Shown: positions 34,976 through 48,847, counted from the whole stretch's first letter. The stretch: DNA of 63,962 bases, filler included, from Octopus bimaculoides (GCF_001194135.2; 5 parts of 5 records of this genome joined end to end with filler, not necessarily neighbours in it); one strand, 5' to 3'. Numbers and translations are program-made. Notes: a model not told the origin generated them from the sequence alone.

Positions 34976-36663
34976 TAAAAAGAAAAGGGAAAAAAAACTA
35001 TGTTGCTTTTAAAGGGAACATTCATTCTCAGCTTCTTGGATTGCTGTTCCGAAATATGAGAGTCACAAAGTGACAGTAAGAGTTGAGGCAGTCCTACGCT
35101 GTGACATCAAGAACATTGCCTCGGTGCAGCTGATGAGCAATTGACAGAAGCTAAATGAACTGAGGCTCTACTCCTTAAATGGAGGACACACAAAAAGTGT
35201 GCAGTGATTATATATATATATATATATACAGAGAGAGAGAGAGAGAGAGAGTAGTGATACAACAAGGCATCAATGTTTACTGGAAATAGCAGTCGATAAA
35301 ATTTACGACGATGTAGTAAAGCTTCAATGTGTATATACAGGCAAAGAGGTGTGAGGGCAGCGAACTTCTATAGTAGAAGACACTTGCCAAGATGCTACGC
35401 AGTGGGACTGAAGCACATGATTCCGGGTTCAGTGGATTTGGTAGACGGGAACTGTGTGTGTCCTTTACTATCTCACTTGTTTCAGTCATTAGATTTTGGC
35501 TTTGCTGGACTTCTACCTTGCAGTATATTTTAGTCCAATGAAGCGACCTCTGTACTTTTCATTTTTTGAAAAAAGTCGGGGACGTACATACACCACATCG
35601 GTTGTCAAGTGGGGGTAGGGGACAAANNNNNNNNNNNNNNNNNNNNNNNNNNNNNNNNNNNNNNNNNNNNNNNNNNNNNNNNNNNNNNNNNNNNNNNNNN
35701 NNNNNNNNNNNNNNNNNNNNNNNNNNATATATATATATATATATAGATATAGATATATATAGATATAGATATATATGTACAAGTATATATCTGTACATAT
35801 GTATACACATATAACACACACATATATACATACACACTTTCATATTATGGATAATATGTATATATGCATACATATATGTTCATTCATACAAATATATATG
35901 TCTGTTTATATTTGGGATTATACGTACGTATATACAAAACAGAGACACTGTTTTGTCTCTGTTGCTTTGCATTTTATATTCTTCATTTTCTTTTCTTTTC
36001 TTGTTTGTTTTTGTTTTTTTCTTTATATATTCGGTTATTGCTTTGGGTTTTATATATTATCTGACATCTATCTTTTTCAGTTGTTTCAAATGTAACCATT
36101 TTCAGAATCCGCTTCCTTACATTTCTGTTACACGTGCCATAAGTTTTCTGTAGTCTTTTGTGTCGCCTGTCAAAATCTTAGGCTAGCTAAGACTTTATCT
36201 ATCTGCGTCTCTTATCGTTAATATATTTTGCATCTTGTTTGAATTCTCTTTCAGTAATTTATTTTTGAATTCGCTTACTTGCTTGTTCGTCTCTTTATAA
36301 TCATTACATTTCTTATTTATGATTTTTTTTTTAAATCTTGGTTTCATTTTCCTTATATCTTCTGTTTTAAATTTACTTTTAACTATGCTTCAATCACGAA
36401 TTTAACTCTTTTCTTGATATCTATTCTGTTTTCGGGTTTTTGTTTTTTTCTGCTGTAAATCCCCGTTTCAAATCTTATGAGACAAATTCAGTTTAAACAG
36501 CTTTACTTAGTACGAGAAAGATTTCAAGTTTTACAAACTTCCATTATGACTTTTAGCAATAACGTATTATATTTTCATATTAGTTTAATGATGATAAATT
36601 TTTACTTTATTATTATCAATATCATTTTCATTATAAGTATGACTGTTGTTGTTTACGTATTGC

Positions 36664-36720
<57 letters not shown>

Positions 36721-36722
<2 letters not shown>

Positions 36723-37281
36723 TATATACCCTGATGCAGTACCAGACAGTGGCTCTCATGGCTTCAGATCTTAATTGATTGGAAGTGTTATAATGTACAC
36801 TGTTTTGTTTTGGTATAAAAGATGGGCTACAGCAAATATTCTGCTTAATACCACAGATTAGCTTGTCAGTTGTTTGACCTTAACCAGTTGAGCATGTCCC
36901 TTGGGGGCTAAGGATATGTGTATCTCTGTTCATGAGCAGAAGTAGTGGGGGAGCATCATAGCCATGTGTTGAGAGGAATTCATGGGTTTTAGATAACCCC
37001 CTCTGGAAACATGGGTATTTCGTTCAACATCCTTAAACAAACCTTATTCAGGGACCTTTTGAGCGGGACGGGCTACTCAACCCGAAGAAAATTCTAACTG
37101 GGCCCCACCTGCAAGGTTATGCGCTGTTTATTTTGATATGAGATCACCATGTCATGCAAATATGGTTGTGATGCATGTGCCTGGTGTACCCTTATCAGAC
37201 GGGTAGTCATGATGGGTATAATGGGCTTCGTATACTTGTACCCCAGTGTCACTATGACGGCATGCACTACTCTCTCACTCA
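36721..37281 (+). mobile_element. Element X, longest copy (~560 bp), flanked by (TAA)n on both sides
   Basis: (TAA)n at 36664-36720 and 37281-37301. Homologous to 388-851 and 961-1180. No plus-strand ORF and no recognisable A/B box. Confidence 0.85.
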
Positions 37282-37305
37282 ATAATAATAATAATAATAA
37301 TTGTA

Positions 37306-37519
37306 ATTCTTTCTATTATAGGCACAAGACTTGAAATTTTGGAGAACGAAACTAGTCGATTACATCGACCCTAGAATTTCACAGGTACTTAATTTATTGA
37401 CCCCGAAAGGATTAAAGGCGAAGTCGACCTCGGCGAAATTTGAACTCAGAACGTAAAGACGGACGAAATGCCCTTAAGCACTTCGCCCGGCGTGCTAACG
37501 ATTCTGCCGGCTCGCAGCC

Positions 37520-37521
<2 letters not shown>
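37306..37521 (-). mobile_element. SINE family B between (AAT)n tracts
   Basis: Minus-strand aaggctgcgagccggcagaatcgttagcacgccgggcg..gagttcaaatttcgccgagg. Confidence 0.85.
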
Positions 37522-37577
<56 letters not shown>

Positions 37578-37578
37578 C

Positions 37579-37611
<33 letters not shown>

Positions 37612-37636
37612 AATATTAATAATAATAATAATAATC

Positions 37637-38506
37637 ATTAACTGGTCAATTACTGAAATGTATAATCTTGACAGAAAAATACGAAAACTGTTGACAATGC
37701 ATAGAATGCACCACACTAAGGCAGATATAAAATGACTTTATCTACCAAGAGAAGAGGTGAGGCCGCAGACTTTTACAACTGGCATTAACACTGAAGATTG
37801 CCACAATTGGCCTAGACACCTATCTGAAAAACTCTGAGGATAGGATGTTAAAACTTGTCTCACAACATGAAAACAAGAAATCATCATACTCAGTAACAAA
37901 ACAAGCAAAGGAATATCTGAGTGAATTCCAAAATCAACAAATCCCAGAATTAAACGTGCTGGAAACAAGCACAGAAAAGGCTAAGCGTATGAAAACGTGT
38001 GCTAAAACTGCTGCCTTAGATATTCTTACTGATAAATGGCAAGAAAAACCTCTTAATGGCAAATACCCAAAAGAGAGCTAATAGTGCCGATGTTGACAAA
38101 CCCTTATCTATCAGTGGTTAGTGACTTCTGGCTTAAAATCAGAAACAGAAGGGTTTATCATAGCGGCCCAAGATCAATGCCTATCTACAAGGAACTACCA
38201 GGCCAATATTTTAAAGAACGCCAGCTGCCCAACATGTCGTGTCTGTCAACAACAAAATGAAACCATTGATCATGTCTCCACGTGCAGTCTTCTTGTGCCT
38301 ACAGAGTATCTCAACAGGTATGAAAGAGCTGCACAGTATATTCACTGGGTAATTTACAAAATCCTGGCTTGCCGGTGGGAACATAATCCACCTCCAGTGC
38401 TTGAAAATGATCACATCTAACTCCTCTGGAACTTCATCGTTCAAACTGACCGGAAAAATAGATGCAAATAGGCCAGACATCATACTGAAAGACTTCAGAC
38501 AAAAAT
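37637..38506 (+). pseudogene. R4/Dong-clade fragment (RT thumb, CCHC finger, start of RLE) starting at (TAA)n
   Basis: LDRKIRKLLTMHRMHH.KADI..LYLPR, KWQEKPLNGKYP, GLKSETEGFIIAAQDQCLSTRNY, CRVCQQQNETIDHV..C, LLWNFI.QTD, ANRPDIILKD. Confidence 0.88.
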
Positions 38507-38552
38507 ATCCTTGAAGAAGTAATTACCGATTTTCTGTCAAAGACAAAAATTT

Positions 38553-38956
38553 CACGAGGCGTGGTTATGTGATAAGAATCTTGCTTCTCAACCATATGGT
38601 TCCGGGTTCAGTGCCACTGCGCAGCACCTTTCGTAAATGTCTTCTACTGTAGCCTCGGGCCGACCAAAGCCTTGTATATATTTATATGCATGTGGCGGGG
38701 GGCGTGTGTGTACGCTCGCTCGCGTGCCTTTGTGTCTGTGTTTGTCCCCCACCACCGTTGACAACCGGTGTTAGGTTTACGTCCCCGTAACATAGCAGTT
38801 CGGCAAAAATAACCGATAAAATAAGTACTACGCTTTAAAAAGAGTAAGTACTGGGGTCCATTTGTTCGTCTAAAAAACCCTTGAACACGGTGCCCCAGCA
38901 TGGCCACAGTCAAAATGACTGAAACGAATGAAAGATAAAGATAAAAGATGAAAAAG
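38553..38956 (+). mobile_element. SINE family A, full length, diverged
   Basis: tggttatgtgataag..ggttcagtgccactgcg..internal TA/TG tract..ccccagcatggccacagtcaaaatgactgaaac, tail (GATAAAA)n. Confidence 0.85.
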
Positions 38957-39026
38957 AAATTAAATACCAAGACTCTTAACTGATAGGCAAAATAGACGCA
39001 TGTCATTTTTCGAAGTGAGTGCATGT

Positions 39027-39544
39027 ATTCTTTTCTACTCTAGGCACAAGGCCCGAAATTTTGGGGAAGGGGGCCAGTCGATTACATCGACCCCAGTACG
39101 CAACTGTTACTTAATTTATCGACCCCGAGAGGATGAAAGGCAAAGTCAACCTCGGCAGAATTTGAACTCAGAACGTAAGACAGACGAAATACCGCTAAGC
39201 ATCTCACCCGGCGTGCTAACGTTTCTTATTTCTTTATTGCCCACAAGGGGCTACACATAGAGGGGACAAACAAGGGCAGATAAAGGGATTAAGTCGATTA
39301 CATCGATCCCAGTGCGTAACTGGTACTTAATTTATCGACTCCGAAAGGATGAAAGGCAAAGTCAACCTCGGCGGAATTTGAACTCAAAACGTAACGGCAG
39401 ACAAAATACTGCTAAGCATTTCGCCCGGCGTGCGAACGTTTCTTATTTCTCTATTGCCCACAAGGGGCTAAACATAGAGGGAACAAACAAGGACAGACAA
39501 AGGGAAGTCGATTACATCGACCCCAGTGCGTAACTAGTACTTAA
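39027..39544 (-). mobile_element. Head-to-tail trimer of SINE-B with two different 3' tails
   Basis: Units 39027-39226, 39227-39443 and 39444-39544. Both junctions read aaagaaat(a)-agaaacgtt on the minus strand. Confidence 0.85.
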
Positions 39545-40843
39545 AAATTATCAAGAGTGTATATAAATTACGTATGCTACATAGATGGCTATTTTAAGTA
39601 AGCAGCGCATATACTAGATTTTTCGTCATTCGGACAACTTTTCACAAATCAGCGAACGTCCTATTCTCTTTTTCTGCATTAACCGATTACTTCCCGTCTG
39701 TACATGTGGTTACTGCGAGTACCCGTCATTGAATACTCTCAAAAGAGTAGATCAGTGCTGGGCTGATGATCTCGAAATTTTTCAAGACGTTACCCCAGCA
39801 TGGCCACAGTCCAATGACTGAAACAAGTAAAGGGTAAACGATAAATGTAAAGAGCTTTTTGCTTCCCTCCACCTTTTTTTTTTTTTTTAACCAAAGTTAA
39901 TATAAATCCGGTCCTGAATGATTCTCAGTTAAATTTCCTGAAAAGAAAGAAGCAGCTGGATTGGTTTATAACCTTTCAAAAAACATTGTCAAGTAGCCGC
40001 TATTTCTTAAGTTAAAAGCAGCAGCAACACTTTACATTGTATTCTGTCTCACAACAGCTGACACGTCTTTTGTTTGTGTATCTCATAATTCGGGGATAGT
40101 AACAGCACCATGGAATTGAACGTGAGATTGTTAATGTGTAATCGCATATATATTTAACTCTCATTAGGAAAGTAGTTATTTCTGTTTTCTCCGTATGCCA
40201 TAGACTTGAATTAATTTAAATTTCACCGGCAAAATTTTACGGAAATCAACGCTGTAAGAGAGCCTATGAAACTTTAAATTCAATAAGAATCATAATTATT
40301 GGTAAAAAAAAAAAGTGGTGGGGGTGCAAAAAGTAGTGGCCTTTCCCAATCTGTTAGATACCAGTGGCATTTCCCAATCTCTTAGATACCAATCAGCAAC
40401 TGTACTGGTCCACCTGTTATCTATGAACCTTGCAACATGACCACCCCGACGGAACTCGGGCTTTCGGTATTATAAAATCCCGTCGTTCACTCCGCTCCGT
40501 TCTCAAATTTTCCGCCAACGGGATTATGCTCTAACAGTTGATATCTTTTCAGTCGATCTTTCCGACGACCTTTGAGTCGTAACCAAAATAGATGTTCTTC
40601 CTTCGTAGTAGCCCACGTCAATCTTGTGCATAAGAACGCATGTAGGACAGTGCTGCTTGAAGAGACTGTCACGTGAAAGAATTGTCGAGCTTTGCTTTAA
40701 GCACATACTTTATATACATGCATATACACACATATGAAATATCTTAAGTATATGTGTGTGCAGCTGTATATGTACATATATATGCATACATTTATGCAAA
40801 TATACATACATATACATTAATACATCCGGTATACATATATGCG

Positions 40844-40931
<88 letters not shown>

Positions 40932-41519
40932 AAAGTTGGTATGTGAAAGCACGTGGTTGGATGTATAAAAGATAATAAGAGTGAAAAAACTACAGAAGGC
41001 TTGTGTTACATGGTTAAAGTATATATTTAAATACAATGAAGTAGAGAAATTTGAAAAGACAACACGAAACCGGTTATTTCTCAAAATACAATGTTTATAT
41101 ACCAAAAAGATTTTATNNNNNNNNNNNNNNNNNNNNNNNNNNNNNNNNNNNNNNNNNNNNTTAATTAATTAANNNNNNNNNNNNNNNNNNNNNNNNNNNN
41201 NNNNNNNNNNNNNNNNCAGGGAATCGTCAATTAGTAATAAAATTAATAATCAACAATTTTGCCGGGTAGCTCAGTATGAAAAAACCTTCTTCGGTAAAAA
41301 ACATTTATAATCATAAATATATAGGGATTGACAGTAACCTGCTTCTCCAACATACTGAGAATTCAGAAATAGCAGTCAAAGAACTACTGATTTCAAAACT
41401 ACAAATTATTACTCCAGATTGATAGCGATATTTTTGATACACACAGAACAAAAAACAGTAGAGAAAACTAAAAACTAAAGGCAAGTGTTTTTTACTCTTC
41501 TCTACTGTTTTTTGTTCTG

Positions 41520-41970
41520 TGTGTTTCAAAAATATCGACAACATTGTTAAAACAGTGACCTTTGGGCTGCATTTTCATTTTGGGGAAGAACTGGAATCCT
41601 GCAGGTGCTACACCTGGCAAATAGGCTGAGTGTGGAAGCGATACCATGTTGTTTTTGGTGAGAAACTCATGAGTGAAGAGAGCTCAGTGACAGAATGCAT
41701 TGTCGTTGTGAAGAATCCAATTCTTTGTGCTCCATGGATCCAGTCGCTTTCACTGAATATCCTGCCTCCAACACTTCAAGATGTCACAGTAGAACTCTTG
41801 ATTGACGATCTGGTCCTGGGGGAGAAATTCTAGATTCACAATACCACATTTCTGGGGGTGATGCTTGTGACATGTCTTCCAGATCGCTCATCATCTTCCA
41901 GGGATGTTCTTCCACTTTTGAAGCTCCCGTGCCACTTGAAATATTGCGAACGACCCATTGCCTCATCTAC
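41520..41970 (-). pseudogene. Internally deleted mariner transposase fragment
   Basis: Minus strand VDEAMGRSQYFKWHGSFKSGRTSLEDDERSGR joined, via frameshifts, to DNA..H..FL.KN..HPAYLPGVAPAGFQFFPKMK..KGHCF. Confidence 0.75.
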
Positions 41971-42020
41971 ATACAGACATACATATATACACACACGCAC
42001 ATATATACATACATACATTC

Positions 42021-42113
<93 letters not shown>

Positions 42114-42201
42114 CACACACATATATATACAGACACACATATATACCACAGTACACACACACATACATACATACATACATAAGTGCATATGTGTGTGTGT
42201 G

Positions 42202-42560
42202 TATCATTCTTAAACAAGAATGTTGCTGACAGTGACTTCTAAGTTTCGGCCAGTTAAGTCTGATGACTGCCATGTATTACTTAGTTTTGCCTTTATATAG
42301 TCTCTGTTGAGTTAAAATCATTTTTGGGTGTGTGAGTATGAGCAGGGTGGTAGGATTTTATGGTAGGTTGTTATGGAAATGTGTTTTTGAAAAATTTTTA
42401 ATTGATTAAAGATACACTTCCATAACAACATGCCATAGAAACCAAATTACCAACAGAGGCTATATATGAAGGCAAGACTAACTCTAATGCATCACAGTCT
42501 GGTGATAGCTGGCTGAAACTTTGAAGTCACTGCCAACAAAATTTTTGTTTAAAAATAGTG
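42202..42560. mobile_element. Old MITE with ~55-bp imperfect TIRs
   Basis: 42202-42256 matches the reverse complement of 42506-42560 at roughly 80% by eye (ttaaacaa..cagtgacttc.aagtttc.gccag.ta). Confidence 0.55.
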
Positions 42561-44241
42561 AATTTGTACTCTACAAAAATATAGAGTAATCCATCAGATT
42601 AATGTGAAAATGTTTTATTATAATTGAACATAAACAAACATACACAAATTTTATGTTTGGTGTGTATAATTCTTTTTTTTTTTTTGTTCTCTTCATCTCT
42701 CTCCATATTGCAGATTGTTCCCTTACATTTTAGGACCTGCAGTCTTTGTTTTTGATTGTCACCCAACTCAAGCTTTCATTTTTTTCAGTTCTCTGCCTGC
42801 ATGAATTTATATTTTGGTTGTAGTATCCCTTACTAACCATTCCATCTTAATAATAATAATAATCCATTATCTGTCATTATTCAGAGACCTTTAATAATCA
42901 ATCACTTCTAATGCTGGAAATATTTAAAGAACCACACTGGAAATATATGTAATTTATCAATTTCAGAATCGAGAACTTTTAAAGTGTTTTTTCATGATTC
43001 AATTTTAATTTTAAATATAATGCATTCATGTTCAGTCAAAATAATTAGTTGAAATAACCAGCTATCAAAATAAAAGTGGAAATTAATTTTTTATATCCTG
43101 CAGAGAGAATAGTTTGGGTGTAATTACCTAGATTTAAATATATGGTGGTTTGTGGTTTACACCACAGTTCAGCTTCGATCTCCACTAAAGATAAGTCTTT
43201 TGAAAACAGCAAGAAGACCCCTTAGGAGTCAGGACGTAAGTGGGTGCATTCCTTTAGAGGGTCAGAAGCTAACAAGCTGGAACACTTGCTTGATGGGAGT
43301 TCTTCTGTAGATTCCTCCTGTCTGCTTACCCTGTGGCAAGTTTCCACTTATTCCTCATTAGTTGAGTGTAATTATCTCTCTCTTTCTTTCTTTTTGTAGG
43401 AAGTAAACTTATCTAACTTCTATGTCATGTGTGATGAAAGTGGTTCTAATTGGGACTTAGGTTTTTACTGCTGTTTCTTCCCAACTAATATACTCATTAG
43501 TTTATAGTGTTATTTTTTTCTTTGTCTTTCTCTCCATCTGTTGCTGTTTGTCTCTTAGTCCAGTCATCATGTCAAATCTGATCTTTGCTTTTGTTGCTGA
43601 TATCAGTTGTCAAAGAGTCCGCTGCCCTGTAAATAATAGTCATATCCTTTTATCAAATTTTTTCCCTGGCAAATGATGAGTGCTGGCATCTGCAGGATAT
43701 AAACTCTCAATGAATCAACTGGCAAATTCACTTTCTCTTCCTGGTTTCAGGTCACTATATTTAGCTCACAAAATTACTTTCAAGAAATAGCACAAATTCT
43801 ACCGCAAAATTTCATTTCCCATTTTCTCTCTATCTTGTGATTTAAGTAATAATCCTTTCAAATATATGTACTGGGCCTGAAATTTTGGGCAACCCCTGAC
43901 CAGTGTTCAACTGGTACTTATTTCATTGACCCCTGAAAGGACGAAAGGCAAAGCTGTCTTCAGCAGAATTTAAACTCAGAACATAACAACAGACAAAATG
44001 CCGTCTTTGTGCTTCAAGTAATAATAAATCAATATTCAGTTGTTTTGCAGTGAAGATATTTCAGGAAGCTATTACTGTGTCCATTAGCTATTCTTAGGAC
44101 AGGGATTTTTTAATACTGTTTTTTTCTGTTTTATTTCCTTCTTATTTTTCCTGTCGAACAGGATATATTTTAACACACTCACATGCATACACACATACGT
44201 ATATATATACACATATATATATATACATATATACACACACA

Positions 44242-44323
<82 letters not shown>

Positions 44324-44377
44324 TACATATATATATGCATACATATTTATATATATACATATATGTGCATACATATG

Positions 44378-44445
<68 letters not shown>

Positions 44446-45203
44446 CACATACATACATACAAATATATATGCATACATATGTATATATATATACATATGT
44501 ATATATATATATATATATATNNNNNNNNNNNNNNNNNNNNNNNNNNNNNNNNNNNNNNNNNNNNNNNNNNNNNNNNNNNNNNNNNNNNNNNNNNNNNNNN
44601 NNNNNNNNNNNNNNNNNNNNGTGGAAGAGGAGGACCAAGTACAATATAGATGATAGAAGTGGTGAAAGCTGATCTCATATATTCAACTGTTCCTCTCATT
44701 CAAATATCTAGCCTTTTGCTTCTATTTAATTAATAGACCCCCACCCCCACCTCACACAAATCTTTGGTCTTGTGCTTAAGTGAGCAATAATTATTATTAT
44801 TAATATTATTATTGAAAAGGCAGCAAGCTGGGGATCGAACCTGGAACCATCAGGTTCCAAAACAAACCTCTTGACCACATAGCCAAATAAAACTTACAGT
44901 GTTGATAACTCGAATTGCAGTTGACGGAGTAATTGTGACGTGATTTAGATAATGCACATCATGACTGAGAGAGAACCTATGAATTATAATATAGATAATG
45001 GCATGAAATTTATCGGTCTTTAAAGAAACTAGACACTAATCTTTCCAGGCTAAAGATAATAAAAGAATTTCAATAAGGAAAGAAAGCAGAATAATAATAT
45101 TGATAATAATAATCAGGCCAGAAGTGTTTGGGAGATGGTGGTGGTGGTGGGTGTTAATTAACTTCAAGCGATGGCTAGATATTTGAAAGGAACAGTTGAA
45201 TAT

Positions 45204-46153
45204 ATAAGATTAGCTTTCACCACTTCTATCATCTATATTGTACTTGGTCCTCCTCTTCCACAGTTTTCTTCCTCTTGAATATCCTGATAATACTTTACCC
45301 ATCTGTTATCAATCCATACGTATTACAATGTCCATACCAACATAGTCATCTCTCTTGTACACTACATTTGAATACTTTCACACAGTTTATTTCGCAGTTT
45401 ATTTGTACCATGTATATTTGTACCATGTTGTTCATACATAGTAATGGAACACATCCAACAAAACATCTCTGCTAAATTTCTCTCCAGTCTTTGCTCATCT
45501 TCTGAATTCAGTCCCTACATCTCACTAACATCAATAACATGCAGCCCCATGCTTAACAAACCAGAGAATCCCCTTGTTGCCAGCAGAAGTAATACCTTCC
45601 TGAGTTTTCTTCTGCCCTTATTCTTAGTTTGGCAACTATGCTTTCAGATCCCCCTTCCTCCATGAGTCATTATGTTNNNNNNNNNNCACCACTTCTATCA
45701 TCTATATTGTACTTGGTCCTCCTCTTCCACAGTTTTCTTCCTCTTGAATATCCTGATAATACTTTACCCATCTGTTATCAATCCATACGTATTACAATGT
45801 CCATACCAACATAGTCATCTCTCTTGTACACTACATTTGAATACTTTCACACAGTTTATTTCGCAGTTTATTTGTACCATGTATATTTGTACCATGTTGT
45901 TCATACATAGTAATGGAACACATCCAACAAAACATCTCTGCTAAATTTCTCTCCAGTCTTTGCTCATCTTCTGAATTCAGTCCCTACATCTCACTAACAT
46001 CAATAACATGCAGCCCCATGCTTAACAAACCAGAGAATCCCCTTGTTGCCAGCAGAAGTAATACCTTCCTGAGTTTTCTTCTGCCCTTATTCTTAGTTTG
46101 GCAACTATGCTTTCAGATCCCCCTTCCTCCATGAGTCATTATGTTACCTAGGT
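45204..46153 (-). pseudogene. RTE-clade LINE 3' fragment, present twice across a 10-N gap
   Basis: Minus strand LGNIMTHGG..LLLLATRG..DEQRLER..WMC..VQERRL.WYGH..R.D..WVK..CGRGGP..VKA. 45220-45676 is repeated at 45687-46146. Confidence 0.7.
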
Positions 46154-46684
46154 AACAGAAGCTATTGTCTATTTCAATGGAGCATTCCAAGTCACCACAC
46201 AGTGAGATCAAACCCAAATCTACCTGGTTCTAAAACAAACCTCTTAACCACACAGCCAAAATGAAGCATGCAGCATTGATTACTTGAGCTGCAATTACCG
46301 ATGTAATTGTCATCATCATCATCACGGAATTTGAACTCAGATCATGCAGACGAAATGCCACTAAGCATTTTGCCTGGTGTGGTAATGATTCTGTCTGCTC
46401 ACCACCTTATTAACAACAACAACATTAATAATGGTTTTAAATTTTGGTTCAAGGCCTGAAATTGAGAGCAAGGGATAAAACGAAGCATCAGCTCTTAATT
46501 GGTACTTTATTTTTGTCAACCCCAGAAAGATGAAAGGCAAAATCGATCTTGGCAGAATTTCAACCCAAAATATAAAATACAGAACGAGAACATACTCATA
46601 AACAGTCTGTCTGTCTGTCTGTCTATCTGTCTCTCTGTCCGTTACGCTGTTTGTCTGTTGGTCTGTCTCTCTGAGAATCAGCAA

Positions 46685-47342
46685 CATTCTTTTCTACTCT
46701 AGTCACAAGGCCCGNNNNNNNNNNNNNNNNNNNNNNNNNNNNNNNNNNNNNNNNNNNNNNNNNNNNNNNNNNNNNNNNNNNNNNNNNNNNNNNNNNNNNN
46801 NNNNNNNNNNNNNNNNNNNNNNNNNNNNNNNNNNNNNNNNNNNNNNNNNNNNNNNNNNNNNNNNNNNNNNNNNNNNNNNNNNNNNNNNNNNNNNNNNNNN
46901 NNNNNNNNNNNNNNNNNNNNNNNNNNNNNNNNNNNNNNNNNNNNNNNNNNNNNNNNNNNNNNNNNNNNNNNNNNNNNNNNNNNNNNNNNNNNNNNNNNNN
47001 NNNNNNNNNNNNNNNNNNNNNNNNNNNNNNNNNNNNNNNNNNNNNNNNNNNNNNNNNNNNNNNNNNNNNNNNNNNNNNNNNNNNNNNNNNNNNNNNNNNN
47101 NNNNNNNNNNNNNNNNNNNNNNNNNNNNNNNNNNNNNNNNNNNNNNNNNNNNNNNNNNNNNNNNNNNNNNNNNNNNNNNNNNNNNNNNNNNNNNNNNNNG
47201 TACTTAATTTATCGACCCCGAAAAGATGAAAGGCAAAGTCGACCTCGGCGGAATTTGAACTCAACTCAGAATGTAAAGATTACGAAATATCACTAAGCAT
47301 TTCCTCCCCGGCGTGCTAGCGTTCCTGCCAACTCGCCGCCTT
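46685..47342 (-). mobile_element. SINE family B spanning an assembly gap
   Basis: Tail at 46685-46714, body and head at 47200-47342 (aaggcggcgagttggcagg). Further decayed SINE-B pieces lie at ~43850-44005 and ~46325-46590. Confidence 0.8.
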
Positions 47343-47759
47343 GAGAGACTCAACAACATTGAAGTAGGTAATGGATCAGGGGAGATCACTCACAATTTCA
47401 CTTTTTTTTTTTTTTTTCACACACCCACACTGCAGAAATGGAAGTTGTTAATTGAAAGACCGACAATCTTGCCTCGTTGAAAAAACTGATAACCTACAGA
47501 ACTTTTTCAAGGATAGCAGATATGCTGTACGCACCATTTAAGATTATTTATATTCAGTTTATATTCATTCTGCCTTCCCCTTTCCACCGTATTGAAGTCT
47601 CTAGTCTGAATAATGTACATATTTTTGTGTACGCTTGCTCATACAAACATGTGTATGGGCTGTGTATATATTTGTGTAGGTATGGATGCCGAGTTAATGA
47701 GTGTGGGTGTGTTCTAGGAAATGTTGATTAAATGTATATATATATGTAAGGGACGACCG

Positions 47760-48808
47760 TGCGATGTACATATGTGTTTGTGTGTGAGTATTGAATGTAT
47801 AAGGATGTATGTGTGTATATTGGTGTGTGTGAGAGTGGGATGTTGAATGTTAGTATTTGAGTGTGTGTGTATTCTTTTATTCTTTTACTCTTTTACTCTT
47901 TTACTTGTTTCAGTCATTTTGACTGCGGCCATGCTGGAGTACTGCATTTAGTCAAACAAATTGACCCCAGGATTTATTCTTTGTAAGCCTAGTACTTGTT
48001 CTATTTATTGGTTTCTATATATTTGTTGTGTTGTGTGTGTCTATGTATATATGTGTTTTGTTTGTTTTGTATGTGTGTGTGTGTGTCTACATTTATGAGT
48101 GTTGAGTGTGTGTATGTGTGCATGTGTGTGCGTGTGTCTGTATTATAAGTGTGTGTCTATGCATATAATGTGTGGTGTGTGTGTGGATGTCCACGTATAT
48201 ATATATATGTGTTACGTGTGTGTGTATATGCGTGTTGTGTGTGTGTGTGTACACAGATAACTTGAAAGTAAACAGATGCTATCGTTGTCCTTTTTGTTTA
48301 ATGAATTCTTTCCAAAAACAAGATGGTGTCATTTGATACCTTTAAATACTTAATTTAGTATTTAGTGGACGTGTCTCAATGAAGTTTTCAAGGATCTTAC
48401 CAATTTGGGAACCATAACAGATGCATCAGTATAAAGGATGGGGGGGGGGAGTGTCTATGCACTTTTGAAATGTCTGCGAATGTGTGTGTATATATATATG
48501 TGTTGTGTGTGTGTGCATGTGTGTGTATGTATATATATGTTGTGTGTGTGTGTATGTGTATACATGTGTTTTGTGTGTATGTATACATGCATTGTGTGTG
48601 TGTGTGTGTTGTGTATGAGTATATATCTATGTATGTGTATGCATATATATATGTATGTATGTGTGTGTGTCTATGCATATGCATGTGTTGTGTGTAATTG
48701 TGTGTGTATACATGTGTTGTGTGTAATTGTGTGTGTATATATGTGTTGTGTGTGTGTGTGAATGTATGTGTGTCTGTGTCTTTGTATGTATCTCGTGTGT
48801 ATATATAT

Positions 48809-48847
<39 letters not shown>

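Noticed and set aside
43103-43242. Candidate plus-strand exon (polypyrimidine-CAG ... GTAAGT)
   Set aside because: Stops in all three frames and no partner exons recognised. It could only be non-coding and needs RNA-seq.
45220-46146. Tandem duplication of the RTE fragment
   Set aside because: Apparently identical copies on either side of a 10-N gap: an unmerged contig overlap. The same applies to 23081-23138 versus 23148-23205, so the hammerhead is not a real tandem.
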